A DNA stretch of 64,000 nucleotides from Candidatus Hydrogenedentota bacterium. GTDB lineage: Bacteria > Hydrogenedentota > Hydrogenedentia > Hydrogenedentales > SLHB01. Location: NCBI GenBank assembly GCA_963745075.1, contig CAVUWV010000008.1:192001-256000 (forward strand), in the 5' to 3' direction. The translations under genes and the position numbers were made by a program. The notes beneath the pieces were generated by a model. It had not been told where the DNA came from. It made no database searches and was given only the letters and a program-made list of their open reading frames with translations. Positions 51,004 to 62,264 of the stretch are shown here, in pieces; the first letter of the stretch is position 1, and every line of letters starts with the position of its first letter.

Positions 51004-52185
51004 ATGATCATGACAGTGCTAGCGATGACTGCGCTCGGCGCGTTGCCGGGCGAGCCGATGTACCGGGCGGACAACGTCCAAAACGTGAAAGTCTATTACG
51101 AAAAAGGACGCTTTGGCGGTTGGCCCGCGAACTACGGCATCTGGATTTGGGACGACAACGAGATTTTGGTCGGGTACAGCCGCGGCTACTACAAGGACCT
51201 GGGGCCGACGATGCATCACATCGACCGGGAAAAGCCCGAGGAGTTCTGGCTGGCGCGCAGTCTGGATGGCGGCCTGACGTGGACCCATGAACACCCCGCG
51301 GAGCAAGGTTCATTGATCCCGCGCGGACCGGCCTTGCACGGCACAGAAACGCCGGAGCTCAAGCTGCCGCCGATTACGGATCTTAAAGAGCCCATGAACT
51401 TCACGGATCCAAACTTCGTGTTGACCTTTCGCATGGACAACTATCAGGGCGGCACGTCGCGCTTCGAGTATTCCTACGACCGCGGCAAGACGTGGAAAGG
51501 CCCCTATCGACTGCCCAACTTCGGCACGCCGGGAACCGCTGCGCGAACCGATTACATGGTGAACGGTCCGCACGACGCACTTGTCTTCATCACGACTGCG
51601 AAGGAAAACGGACACGAGGGCCGGCCCGCATGCGTGCGCACGACGGACGGCGGCCTGACCTGGGAATTGGTATCGTTTATCGGACCCGAGCCGGAAGGCT
51701 TCGCTATCATGCCGTCGACGGTGCGGCTCTCGGACAACGAACTGCTGACCACCCTGCGATGCCGCGAAGGGACGTTCCGCTGGATCTCCGCGTGGCACAG
51801 CATGGACAACGGCAAGACGTGGGAGTTCTTGAACAACCCCGTAGACTACACAGGCGAAGGCAACCCGCCCTGCTTGAACAAGCTGCCCGACGGACGGCTA
51901 TGCCTGACCTACGGGTTCCGCGGCTATCCGTACAGCATCCGCGCGCGCATCAGCAACGACAACGGTCGCACCTGGGGGCCGCAGATCGTGCTCCGCGATG
52001 ACGGCACGGATCGCGACGTGGGTTACGTGCGCAGCGTTGTGCGCCCGGACGGCAAAGTCGTGACAACCTATTATTTCGACGACGAGGAGACCGGCCCGGA
52101 ACGTTACATCGGCGCGACGATCTGGGACCCGAACAAGATTTCCGAGATCACCAACGGCGAAGCCGACCGGCAGTTGGCGTTCTAG
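51004..52185 (+). CDS. BNR/Asp-box sialidase-like beta-propeller protein (secreted)
   Basis: Five Asp boxes: SLDGGLTW, SYDRGKTW, TTDGGLTW, SMDNGKTW and SNDNGRTW. Confidence 0.88.
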   Translation: MIMTVLAMTALGALPGEPMYRADNVQNVKVYYEKGRFGGWPANYGIWIWDDNEILVGYSRGYYKDLGPTMHHIDREKPEEFWLARSLDGGLTWTHEHPAEQGSLIPRGPALHGTETPELKLPPITDLKEPMNFTDPNFVLTFRMDNYQGGTSRFEYSYDRGKTWKGPYRLPNFGTPGTAARTDYMVNGPHDALVFITTAKENGHEGRPACVRTTDGGLTWELVSFIGPEPEGFAIMPSTVRLSDNELLTTLRCREGTFRWISAWHSMDNGKTWEFLNNPVDYTGEGNPPCLNKLPDGRLCLTYGFRGYPYSIRARISNDNGRTWGPQIVLRDDGTDRDVGYVRSVVRPDGKVVTTYYFDDEETGPERYIGATIWDPNKISEITNGEADRQLAF

Positions 52186-52238
52186 TCCGCGCGAAAACGT
52201 CGCCATGGTATACTTCGGTAGGCGTTTTCGGAGTGAGA

Positions 52239-52416
52239 ATCGAAGAAAGAGCTTACGTACACGATCGTTCTGGAGCCTGCCGAAGAAGGTGGTTTCAATG
52301 TGTCCGTACCGGCATTACCGGGGTGCTTCACGCAGGGAGACACGTTCGAGGAAGCATTAGCGATGGCGCAAGATGCCATCGCGCTTTGGCTCGATGCGTT
52401 AACGGCTAGGTCGTAA
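52239..52416 (+). pseudogene. hicB: Orphan HicB-family antitoxin (start codon disrupted, short C-terminus)
   Basis: KKELTYTIVLEPAEEGGFNVSVPALPGCFTQGDTFEEALAMAQDAI; GGAG followed by AT(c)G; absent from the ORF track. Confidence 0.75.
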
Positions 52417-52475
52417 AGGGCGATTACGGAGCAGCAAGAAATCCCGGTGTTCTTTGCTTCGCGGATAATGCCCAA

Positions 52476-53332
52476 TCACTTCTTGATTAGGTCCACGACC
52501 TCGCTGATGATTCGCGCGACGGGGATGCCGGCGGCTTCCAGCTTTTCGATTTTGGCTGCGGCCGTGTCGTCTTCGCCGCCGACGATGGCGCCGGCGTGGC
52601 CCATGCGGCGTCCCGGGGGCGCGGTCAGGCCGGCCATGAACCCGACGACCTTCTTCTTCATGTGCTTCTTAAAATACTCCGCCGCGACAACCTCGTCTTG
52701 GCCGCCGATCTCGCCGACGATAACGATGGATTCAGTGTCGGGATCTTCTTCGAAGAGGGGCAGCAGATCGACGAACTTGCTTCCGATGATCGGATCGCCG
52801 CCGATGCCGATGCAGGTAGTCTCGCCCAGACCTGCGTCGGTGAGTTCCTTCACGATCTCGTAGGTGAGCGTGCCGCTGCGCGAAATCACGCCGACCTTGC
52901 CCGGCGCGTGAATTGGTCCCGGCATGATCCCGATTTTGCATTCGCCCGGCGTGATGAGGCCCGGACAGTTCGGCCCGATCATCCGGATGCCTTTTGCGGT
53001 GAGCGCTTCGTAGGCTTCGAGCACGTCAAGGGTCGGAACGCCTTCGGTGATGACGACCAGCAGTTTGAGTGGCGCCGCAGCGGCGTCGAGCATGGCCGCC
53101 TTCGCAAATTTCGCCGGCACGTACATGACCGAAACGTCCGCACCGGTCGCGTTGACGGCCTCATTCACGGAGTTGAAGACCGGCACGTCGAAGATGGTTT
53201 GGCCGCCCTTGCCGGGCGTGACGCCGGCGACGACCTTCGTGCCGTACTGAATCATCTGTTCGGTGTGAAACGAGCCATCCCGGCCGGTAATGCCCTGGAC
53301 AATAACTTTAGTATCTGCATTGATCAGAATGC

Positions 53333-53336
<4 letters not shown>
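52476..53336 (-). CDS. sucD: Succinyl-CoA synthetase alpha subunit
   Basis: [29 protein letters not shown] and RMGHAGA; GTG start overlaps the sucC stop. Confidence 0.97.
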
Positions 53337-54475
<1,139 letters not shown>

Positions 54476-54646
54476 GTGCAACCCTCTCGTGGATGGGCCC
54501 CAACGCGCCGGACCAAATGCCCCACGCGCGACGCCGATTGGGGGAGAAGTCGTAACGGCAAACGTCCACCGTCACAAGAACCCGCAGAATAGCGGCTTAC
54601 GGGGAAGGTTTTCAACCTGCCTTCTTGCATCGTTCTCGATGATTGC

Positions 54647-54674
54647 GTACAATTATATGTACAGCAAATTGTAC
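54647..54674. promoter_or_regulatory. TA operator palindrome
   Basis: GTACAATT...AATTGTAC with a central TGTACA, directly upstream of the antitoxin RBS. Confidence 0.7.
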
Positions 54675-54687
54675 TTGGAGGCCCGAC

Positions 54688-54969
54688 ATGTCCAGACTCA
54701 GAATCGATGAAGACATTCGCCCGCTATCTGAATTCCGGGCCGCTGTTGCCACATTTGTGAAACAGATACGGGAAACGCAGCGTCCCCTTGTCCTAACGCA
54801 ACACGGGCGCGGCGTAGCGGTTCTCGTCGACGCGGGCGAGTACGAACGAATGCGGGAACGGCTGGAAATCCTGGAAGACATCTATCGTGCCGAGTCACAG
54901 CTCGCGGCCGGCGAGGGCGTTCCGCATGACCGTGCCCGGGCGAGTGTGCTGAAAGAAATCGGCCGTTGA
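54688..54969 (+). CDS. Phd/YefM-family antitoxin
   Basis: DIRPLSEFR...PLVLTQHGRGVAVLV; GGAGG RBS. Confidence 0.9.
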   Translation: MSRLRIDEDIRPLSEFRAAVATFVKQIRETQRPLVLTQHGRGVAVLVDAGEYERMRERLEILEDIYRAESQLAAGEGVPHDRARASVLKEIGR

Positions 54970-55268
54970 CGATCACATGGTCACCGCTCGCGCTGGACCG
55001 GGTGCGCGAGATTACGCTGTACATCGCACAAGACAACCCGGATGTGGCGGCGCTGTGGGTAGAGAGACTCTTCGACAGCGTTCAGCGGCTGGGCGCGTAC
55101 CCTGAGAGTGGCCGGGTCGTACCCGGGTTGGGAGTCGCCAGAATACGAGAGGTGGTCTTCGGTGCCTATCGGGTCATTTACACCACGAAGGACGAAATCG
55201 AGATCCTTACCGTACGCCGCGGAAGTCAGTTGCTACGGGAGGACGAAACGCGTGACGAGCCCTCATAG
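54966..55268 (+). CDS. RelE/ParE-family toxin
   Basis: ITWSPLA...YIAQDNP...YPESGRVVP...REVVFGAYRVIY; TTGA overlap with the antitoxin. Confidence 0.88.
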   Translation: MTITWSPLALDRVREITLYIAQDNPDVAALWVERLFDSVQRLGAYPESGRVVPGLGVARIREVVFGAYRVIYTTKDEIEILTVRRGSQLLREDETRDEPS

Positions 55269-55338
55269 CATGAACCTCTGTGTCCTCGAAGAACGACGAG
55301 AATGTACGGAAGTCTGCTAACCGATTAGGGAAGAACTG

Positions 55339-58300
55339 TCAACGGTGCGCCTTAAGGGATGCTCGCCGATAGCCAGAAACCGAATCCTGTGATCCCGCAT
55401 CCCGCATAGCCTCATGCAGGCGCAACGCCTGTAGGCAGAATGCCTCAAGCCGGGCCTCGATGATTTGGGGAAATGCGTTGCCGTCGGTTTCGATGGCGAG
55501 GAAGGGGAGTTTCCGGTTGCCTTGCAGCAGGGGCGCGGCGATGCCGTTGCCGTTTCCATTGCCGGAATGGATGGCCCGTTTTTCCGCTGTATTCAGTTTC
55601 TGATTCAGTATCGATTCGGCCACGCGCGAGGGCATGCAGCCGAAGGGGCCGATGGAAATAATTCCGCAGGACGGGTGCAACACTTCGTGCAGCGCGGCGC
55701 CGACGGTGAGAATGCTCTCACCCGTGAGACGCGGCGAGACGTAGCGGCTCCCGGCGTCGACAATCGGGTCCACGTCGGCCTTTTCTTCGTAGAATAGCCC
55801 TGCGGGTTTCAATAAGGTCCGGATACGCCGCTCAAAGTATTGCTTGGTCCAGTAGCGCGGCCAGAAACTCAAGGACTTCTCGCTTTCGATTCCCCGCTTC
55901 GCGAGCCAATCCAGGTACTTGATCCATTCGCTGGTCTTCGAGGTACGGACAACGAACCCGCGGTCGGCCAACCGTTCCACGATTCGTTGCAGGGAAATGG
56001 GATCGTTGCGGACGTAGATCTCGCCGATGAGCGAAAGTTTGGGATACTCGTCATAGGGTCGCGCTAGCCGAATATTGCCCAACCGCCGACCCGTCGCCGT
56101 CAATTGGCGCGCGAGTGCGGACCAACTCTTGTCGGCTACCCGCAGGATGGCGGCGTGCTCTTCGTCAAGGATCCGCAATGCGCCTTCGCGATCCACGGCC
56201 GCGGCGAGTAGCGTTGCCCACATTTCGTCGAAAAGATCGCCGATGATGACCGCGCGCCATGCGGCCAAGGCGAAACGCTCGCCTAATCCACTGTATCCGT
56301 CTTCCGCCGCGAGCGAGAAAATTGCAACGTCCCGAACGTGGCGTTTCTCGATGAGGTTTTTCGAGAAGGTAGCGTACTGACCGAATCGGCAGGGGCCGTT
56401 CGCGGTCGCCATGAAGTATGCCGTGATTTCGCCTTCGGGACGACGGGAGAGGTAGTGAAGGAAAGACCCCGTAGTCGTCTGCAGGGGCAGACACTCTTTG
56501 CACGAGGAATTCCCACGCCCGAGCTTCAGCACTTCCTCGTTTGCCGGAGGCAGCGCCTCAGCCCGGACCCCGACCCGGCCGAACGACTTCGCCAATAACG
56601 GCGTTCCATAGCGCCCCATGGCGGGCACGAGGATTTTCACGCGCGAGTTGCGAAGGGACACCCATTCCTGCTGCGACGTGAGAATGCCGGGCAACCCGTT
56701 CCGTTGCGTGAATCGCGCGGGATAGTACCCGTTCGATTTCGCTGTTGGCACGCGCGATTTCTGAATCTGCTGATAAAATCGGACGATGTCGAGGAAGGCT
56801 TCGATACGCGTCTCAATCCCCGCGTCCGCGGTGTGGCTGTCAAGTTCGAGGGTCAACGACGGTTTGCGCCCCATGATATCGCGGAAGAATCCCACGAGGA
56901 ACGAATCCGGCCCGCACGAGAAGTTCGTGATGTAGGTGCCGAAGAGTTGTGGGTGGTTCCGAACGATCTGCGCGGCGCGCAGAATGAGGCGTCCCATGGC
57001 CCAGTACATGTTTTGGCCGTCGTCAAGTTCTTCGCCGTCGGAGGGGATCATGTCCAGCGGAATGACGCGCACACCGCGGGACGCCAGTTTCGCGGGGATG
57101 CCTTTGTTCGCTGCGCTCGTGAAACTGTTGTAGGGACGGCCGAACAGGATCACCGCGAATTCGTCGGGATTGCCGCAGAGGGCATCCAACGCGTCTTTTC
57201 CCATGCGTTGGATGTCTTCGTGGAAGGTTCGCTGTTCCGCGGTGGCGGCCTCAAGCGCGGGTTTTATCTTGTTTGCAGACACGCCCAGTTCACGTGCGAC
57301 CTCCCGGAATGCGTCCAGATTGGATTCAATCCCTCGCGAAAAGTCGAAGTACGGTGTGAGCACCCGGCGCGATTCGAGTTCCGGGAAGACAGCCCGCAGG
57401 TAATAGGGTTCCCCCTGCACGAACACGCAGGTGCACGAGTTTTCCTTCCCGTTGTTCGTTGGAATTCCGCGCAAGTGGGGCAGAAGAACGAAGTCGGGGC
57501 CCTTGACCAGAAGGTTTCCGAGGTAGCCGTGGGCCTGTTCGACCGGATAACAGAACGCCGCGCCTTGCCGATCCACGGCGTTTGGTTCGATCGCATCGGG
57601 CAAGACAACCCGGAAACCCAGTTCCGCGAAGAAGCGGTTGTATAACGGGAAGTACGTGTGTGTGAGAAACGATCGGTTCAGCCCGATGGTCGGTCGCGTG
57701 TCGTTCGGATTGTCGGGCGCGAGATCGCGAAATACGCGCCGCTCCCGCATAAGGACGAGATCGAGCCCCGCGGGATCGATCTTGCGTCCGTGAATGAGGT
57801 TGTCATACCGATTACAGATCCCGCCGAAGGGGTAGGTCTTCCCGTTAATGCGGATGCGAGCGATGATGCAACCGCGGTCGCATTTCTCCTTGCCGCCTTT
57901 GCACTGGAATGCCTTGCCGTACTCGAGTTCGCGTTCGGCGAGCACGCGTAAGTCGAAGCTGCCCGCTTCCAGCAGGCCCTGTTCCATCCGTTGCTCGACG
58001 GCGAGCGCAACGCCGTATGCACCCATGAGACCCGGGTCCGGTGGCACGACCACGTTTTTCCCGGTGAGCGCGGCCATGGCGACCGGTACGGCCTCGTTGT
58101 AACAGACACCACCCTGGACGAAAATCTTCTGACCAACGGGCCGGTTACCTTTGACGCGGTTCGTGTAGTTCATGCAAATCGAATAGACGAGCCCCGCGAC
58201 GATGTCCGGCACGCTGACGCCTTCCTGGGCTGCGCGTTTGATGTCGGACCCGATGAAGGCCGCACACTGGTCGTTGAAGTTAGGCGGCGCCTCGGCTTCC

Positions 58301-59703
58301 ATGGCCGTTTTGCCGATGGACGTGACGTCGATGCCGAGACTTTCCTTCGCGGCCTCTTCGAGAAACGATCCCGTGCCCGCGCTGCACGCCTCATTCATGG
58401 CGTAGTCACTGGGCACACCGTTCGTGATGTAGGTGTACTTGGCGTCCTGCCCGCCGATCTCGAAAATCGTGTCAACCTCCGGATCGAAATGAACTGCCGC
58501 AGTCGCGTGGGCGATGATCTCGTTGATGACGCCGTCGGTCATCGCGTGCAACCCGGCGATCTGCCGTCCGCTGCCGGTGACGCCTAATCCCTCGATGGCA
58601 AGGGGCGCGTCGATTTGGCCGGCGAGACTTTCGTAAACCTGCCGCGACGCGCCGACGGGGTCGCCGTTGGTGCGCAGGTATTCCGCGGCGAGAATTGCCT
58701 TGTCGCGTCGCCGCATGACGACGCCCTTCGTCGTGGTCGATCCCACATCCAGCCCGAGAATCGCCACATCGCCGGGTTCGGCCTTCGTCCACGGCTGCTT
58801 CTTGAATTCAACCATGTCGCGGAACCCGGCGAGCGGCCGGTGAAACGAAACGGTCCGGCATCCGTCGCGAAATACGCCGTCCAACGTGGTAAAGGGAACG
58901 GTTTGATGATCCAGCGCCCAGAGCCCCGCTCCCAACGCTTCAAACCACGGCGCCTCTTCAGGCACGTGCAGATCGTCGACCGCGCCGCGTAAGTGATGGA
59001 CGAGCCACCGGTTTTGCGCGCAACCCCCGACGAGCATGACGGCGCTGCGCGGCAACTGCTTGAGCAGTTCCACCAGTTTGTCGGCCATCATCTTCGTGAG
59101 GCCCGCCACTACCTCCGGTTTCGGGACGCCCTTGTTAAGGGCATGGGTACAATCGCTCTTGCAAAAAACGGAACAACGTCCGGAAACGCGGTGCACGGCC
59201 TCCGGCAAGTCCATGGCGGCCACGTCGGCGAGCGTGATATCCATGCGCCGCAGTTGTTGTAGAAAGAATTCGCCCGTGCCCGACGCGCACTTGTTGCCGG
59301 TGTGGATGGCTTGCACGCGGCCGTCCGCATCAAGATGGTAGATCATAAACGTCTCGCCGCCCGCGCTCATGATCACGCGATAGGGATGGTCTTGCGGCAA
59401 CACGTGGGCCGTCGCAATCTCGAGGGCTTCGGGTTCGGAGATGGTGGAGAGTGTGACGTGATCCCGGAACTTCCGGCCCGTCGCGGCGATAGCGAAATTC
59501 GGCAAACCCCCGACCTCGCCCAACAACTCGCGTAGTCGTTTGCGCGGCGTTCCCTCGTGGGCCACGGTTCGCGCCCAATCGAATTCGACGCGGCCCTTCG
59601 TTCGATGAAGCTGGACCAAGCCGATGGTCGATGCGCCCAGGCAAATCCCCAAGGCCTGTCCAGATGAATTGTTCCCCGCGTGCGATTCGTCTTGATCGTT
59701 CAT
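55339..59703 (-). CDS. Fused CoA-substrate-specific enzyme activase (2x BadF/BadG/BcrA/BcrD ATPase plus DUF2229-like domains)
   Basis: NKCASGTGEF, GLDVGSTTTK, EIGGQDAK, MNEACSAGTGSFLEE, CAAFI, NFSCGPDSF and GPFGCMP. Confidence 0.9.
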   Translation of the reverse strand: MNDQDESHAGNNSSGQALGICLGASTIGLVQLHRTKGRVEFDWARTVAHEGTPRKRLRELLGEVGGLPNFAIAATGRKFRDHVTLSTISEPEALEIATAHVLPQDHPYRVIMSAGGETFMIYHLDADGRVQAIHTGNKCASGTGEFFLQQLRRMDITLADVAAMDLPEAVHRVSGRCSVFCKSDCTHALNKGVPKPEVVAGLTKMMADKLVELLKQLPRSAVMLVGGCAQNRWLVHHLRGAVDDLHVPEEAPWFEALGAGLWALDHQTVPFTTLDGVFRDGCRTVSFHRPLAGFRDMVEFKKQPWTKAEPGDVAILGLDVGSTTTKGVVMRRRDKAILAAEYLRTNGDPVGASRQVYESLAGQIDAPLAIEGLGVTGSGRQIAGLHAMTDGVINEIIAHATAAVHFDPEVDTIFEIGGQDAKYTYITNGVPSDYAMNEACSAGTGSFLEEAAKESLGIDVTSIGKTAMEAEAPPNFNDQCAAFIGSDIKRAAQEGVSVPDIVAGLVYSICMNYTNRVKGNRPVGQKIFVQGGVCYNEAVPVAMAALTGKNVVVPPDPGLMGAYGVALAVEQRMEQGLLEAGSFDLRVLAERELEYGKAFQCKGGKEKCDRGCIIARIRINGKTYPFGGICNRYDNLIHGRKIDPAGLDLVLMRERRVFRDLAPDNPNDTRPTIGLNRSFLTHTYFPLYNRFFAELGFRVVLPDAIEPNAVDRQGAAFCYPVEQAHGYLGNLLVKGPDFVLLPHLRGIPTNNGKENSCTCVFVQGEPYYLRAVFPELESRRVLTPYFDFSRGIESNLDAFREVARELGVSANKIKPALEAATAEQRTFHEDIQRMGKDALDALCGNPDEFAVILFGRPYNSFTSAANKGIPAKLASRGVRVIPLDMIPSDGEELDDGQNMYWAMGRLILRAAQIVRNHPQLFGTYITNFSCGPDSFLVGFFRDIMGRKPSLTLELDSHTADAGIETRIEAFLDIVRFYQQIQKSRVPTAKSNGYYPARFTQRNGLPGILTSQQEWVSLRNSRVKILVPAMGRYGTPLLAKSFGRVGVRAEALPPANEEVLKLGRGNSSCKECLPLQTTTGSFLHYLSRRPEGEITAYFMATANGPCRFGQYATFSKNLIEKRHVRDVAIFSLAAEDGYSGLGERFALAAWRAVIIGDLFDEMWATLLAAAVDREGALRILDEEHAAILRVADKSWSALARQLTATGRRLGNIRLARPYDEYPKLSLIGEIYVRNDPISLQRIVERLADRGFVVRTSKTSEWIKYLDWLAKRGIESEKSLSFWPRYWTKQYFERRIRTLLKPAGLFYEEKADVDPIVDAGSRYVSPRLTGESILTVGAALHEVLHPSCGIISIGPFGCMPSRVAESILNQKLNTAEKRAIHSGNGNGNGIAAPLLQGNRKLPFLAIETDGNAFPQIIEARLEAFCLQALRLHEAMRDAGSQDSVSGYRRASLKAHR

Positions 59704-59942
59704 AGCATCAGCGCGTCTAGGGAGACCGACGACATGCGCTCGCCAGTCCCTTTCACTGACGACCCCCCATTCGTTGCGCCATCCGACCGGCTCCGCTTCC
59801 CGAACTATTCTAGCAAAAACAAGCGCGGAGCGTACGGCCGTCCATTGTAGCAGCGGGACTTAGCCGCTCCACACCCGCAATGACCGGGATCGGCCGGCGG
59901 GCAACTGGCTTCAGTTTTCCGTCCAATGGCTGGTTTTCAGAG

Positions 59943-59958
59943 AGCATGGCGCGTGCCG
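59943..59958 (-). promoter_or_regulatory. Putative sigma54 promoter for the activase gene
   Basis: Minus strand CGGCACG-cgcc-ATGCT (GG-N10-GC), with an AT-rich stretch 20-50 nt upstream. Confidence 0.5.
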
Positions 59959-60231
59959 GTGAAAACCTGGAGTGCAAGTTACGTATTTACAGGATCTTAC
60001 AGAATAAGAACCTGATCGAATGAACGGCTCGATTCCGAGCCTATACATCGAACGCGCGCGGTGTGGACAAATAATGCTCAGCGGCCGTGCCAGTACGAGT
60101 TCCCCCAAGGCAATCCCACTAAATAAGCCCCAAATCCGCATTTCGTACCGCCCGAAAGGCGTCGGCTTGCGGACCGGTACCGTGGGTGTGAGAATTCCGG
60201 GTCACGAACACCATTCGGTGGCGGGGGAAGC

Positions 60232-60334
60232 GCGAGTCCTCTTTATACTCGCCACTGCCGCCGTAGTAGACGAGGTATAGATCACCATTTTCGAGTTCCG
60301 TAATCGACCCGGGCAGCTTGTATTCACCGGGAAT
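60232..60334 (-). pseudogene. Fragment of a BNR/sialidase-like gene
   Basis: IPGEYKLPGSITELENGDLYLVYYGGSGEY with no start codon, preceded by TAG. Confidence 0.5.
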
Positions 60335-60393
60335 CTAACCCCCTTGACGAGCGAGATCCTCTCGCCCAGAATACCAGCGGCCGCTGGCGTTAA

Positions 60394-60759
60394 CGTGTCG
60401 CTGGCGTACAAGGACCTGCGCAGGCACAAGGAGCCGCAAGAAACCGGCGCAAACAGCGGCCCCTCCTCGACCGCCAAAATGCAAACAGCGAAACCCGCAA
60501 CGATGCCGCGCAAACCATCACGTCCGACAACAACGGCACCCCCTTCCCCGAAGGCCCGAATGTCGGCCCGAATTCTCAGGGCGCCGACCTCAACCTCGTC
60601 AATCCCGAAGAATTCGATATTCGCCCGAGGAAAGGATCGCCGCTCATCGACGCCGGTCGCAAACTCCCCGGCATCACCGACAACTTCCAGGGTGCCGCCC
60701 CCGACCCCGGCGCCTACCCCTGGCGGGCCGGCATCACGTGGGATCCGAAGGTGCCTTAG
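60394..60759 (+). pseudogene. C-terminal fragment of a right-handed beta-helix / choice-of-anchor-Q-like protein
   Basis: FDIRPRKGSPLIDAGRKLPGITDNFQGAAPDPGAY...W; no start codon after the TAA at 60391. Confidence 0.6.
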
Positions 60760-60839
60760 GGAACTGTTGTTTCGCGCTTTCAGAGTCCATGAGCTCATTC
60801 CAACTCAGATGCTGAGAACGAAGCAAAACCGGCGCCCGC

Positions 60840-61874
60840 TCAAGGATTGATCGGAACTGCCATTCCCGCGCCTTGTAGACGCGGGGCGCTAATCAACCGA
60901 TCCATGAACGCACCGAGGCGAAACCCCGCACTGGCGAGAAAGGCCACGCGTCGCTCGGACGAGTCCACGTCGGTATCCGTGTAAAGATTGATGACGGCCA
61001 GCACGCGATCCGGCGTGCCAACGGGAATCGTGTAGTGTCCATGCGCTCTCATGCCTAGCCATTTGTGCTCGTGCCGGCTGTCATCAAAACAGCTTCGGCA
61101 AACCAGCACGCGCCCCTCCACCGCGGCCCGTCCGCAAAGGCATTTGCCCAGAGGTACCGTCTTTTCGTCCTCCAGGAATCTCGGACTGAAATTCCCGTCT
61201 ACGACGACCAGCCGCAACACATTTTGATCGAAGTTGACTTCGAACGCTAAGCCGCTTGCATAAGATTTGAATTCGTGCAGCGTGAGGAAGAGCCTGAGGG
61301 CACGCGTCAGGAGTTCGACGGACGATCGAGCCGTATTGCCGATCACATCAATCTGTTGAGGCAGCGAACATTCTTCCGTACGGGTTGTTTGTTCCTGTTC
61401 TGCTTTCTTTTTGGCGCTGGAATCGTGCCTTACCGAAATGAAACAGCCAATTCGGCCGTCGCTCTGCATAACAGGCGTAATCGTCTGCTCATCCACATAG
61501 AGTCGGCCGTCCTTCTTACGATTGACGATATCGCCCTGCCAGGTGTGCCCGGCGAGTAGATGGCGCCACATGGCCTGATAGAAAAATGCGTCGTGCTTGC
61601 CTGATTTCAGGATGCGGGGCGTCTTCCCCAAGGATTCCGCTGCGGAATACCCGGTCAAGACGCAGAACGCCGAATTCACGTAGCGGATGGTCCCCACCGC
61701 ATCCGTTATCGATACGGGTTCCCGTGATGCATGGAATGATTGGGAGTACGTATGGATCAGCGCATCGACGGCGTTTTGCGAATGCCTCCGCGTGCCGTTT
61801 TGTAACCCTGCGGCCACGTTCGTATCCGGTCTCTTGTCGGGCACGGTCATCTTGAAGAACTTCATACCGATCAT
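60840..61874 (-). CDS. PAS-GAF sensor protein lacking an output domain
   Basis: PAS ITDAVGTIRYVNSAF...KSGKH...WQGDIVNRKKDG; GAF GKCLCGRAA...HGHYTIPV...VINLY. Confidence 0.8.
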   Translation of the reverse strand: MIGMKFFKMTVPDKRPDTNVAAGLQNGTRRHSQNAVDALIHTYSQSFHASREPVSITDAVGTIRYVNSAFCVLTGYSAAESLGKTPRILKSGKHDAFFYQAMWRHLLAGHTWQGDIVNRKKDGRLYVDEQTITPVMQSDGRIGCFISVRHDSSAKKKAEQEQTTRTEECSLPQQIDVIGNTARSSVELLTRALRLFLTLHEFKSYASGLAFEVNFDQNVLRLVVVDGNFSPRFLEDEKTVPLGKCLCGRAAVEGRVLVCRSCFDDSRHEHKWLGMRAHGHYTIPVGTPDRVLAVINLYTDTDVDSSERRVAFLASAGFRLGAFMDRLISAPRLQGAGMAVPINP

Positions 61875-62033
61875 TCCTTACCCGCCTGGCCCGACCTGGA
61901 ACGTTCTTTTGTCCCAGATTCGCCGCGAATCCCCGCAGGACGGTACTGCCGGGTCGGTCACGCGGCACGGTCTGTCCGGAACACCGTCCCATCGACGGGT
62001 TCCGGCTCGTTGCCAGCACTCGACACTACACTA

Positions 62034-62049
62034 AGCAAGCCCAATGCCA
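62034..62049 (-). promoter_or_regulatory. Sigma54 promoter of the PAS-GAF gene
   Basis: Minus strand TGGCAT-tgggc-TTGCT (GG-N10-GC). Confidence 0.7.
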
Positions 62050-62087
62050 GCGCCAAGAGCTTCTCAATCGAGACATAAGTCACGTTT

Positions 62088-62100
62088 TATCAATATATTA
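62088..62100 (+). promoter_or_regulatory. IHF consensus site
   Basis: TATCAAtataTTA matches WATCAANNNNTTR and lies between the sigma54 site and upstream TGTCCAA repeats. Confidence 0.6.
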
Positions 62101-62264
62101 GATAAAAGAAGAACAAAGTTGTTTCATTTGATCTGTCCAATTTGTTAAACTAATTCAAGATGTTGTCCAATATTTTGGAAATCACCTCTCAGACAAGGGG
62201 CCGGCACGGACGGTTATTCCGCTGAAAAATGTTGCGCGTAAACGCGCTCTTGAGGTAGGCAGAC

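Noticed and set aside
60202..60850. 198-aa and 168-aa ORFs in the track
   Set aside because: Low-complexity shadows over two gene fragments that read in other frames
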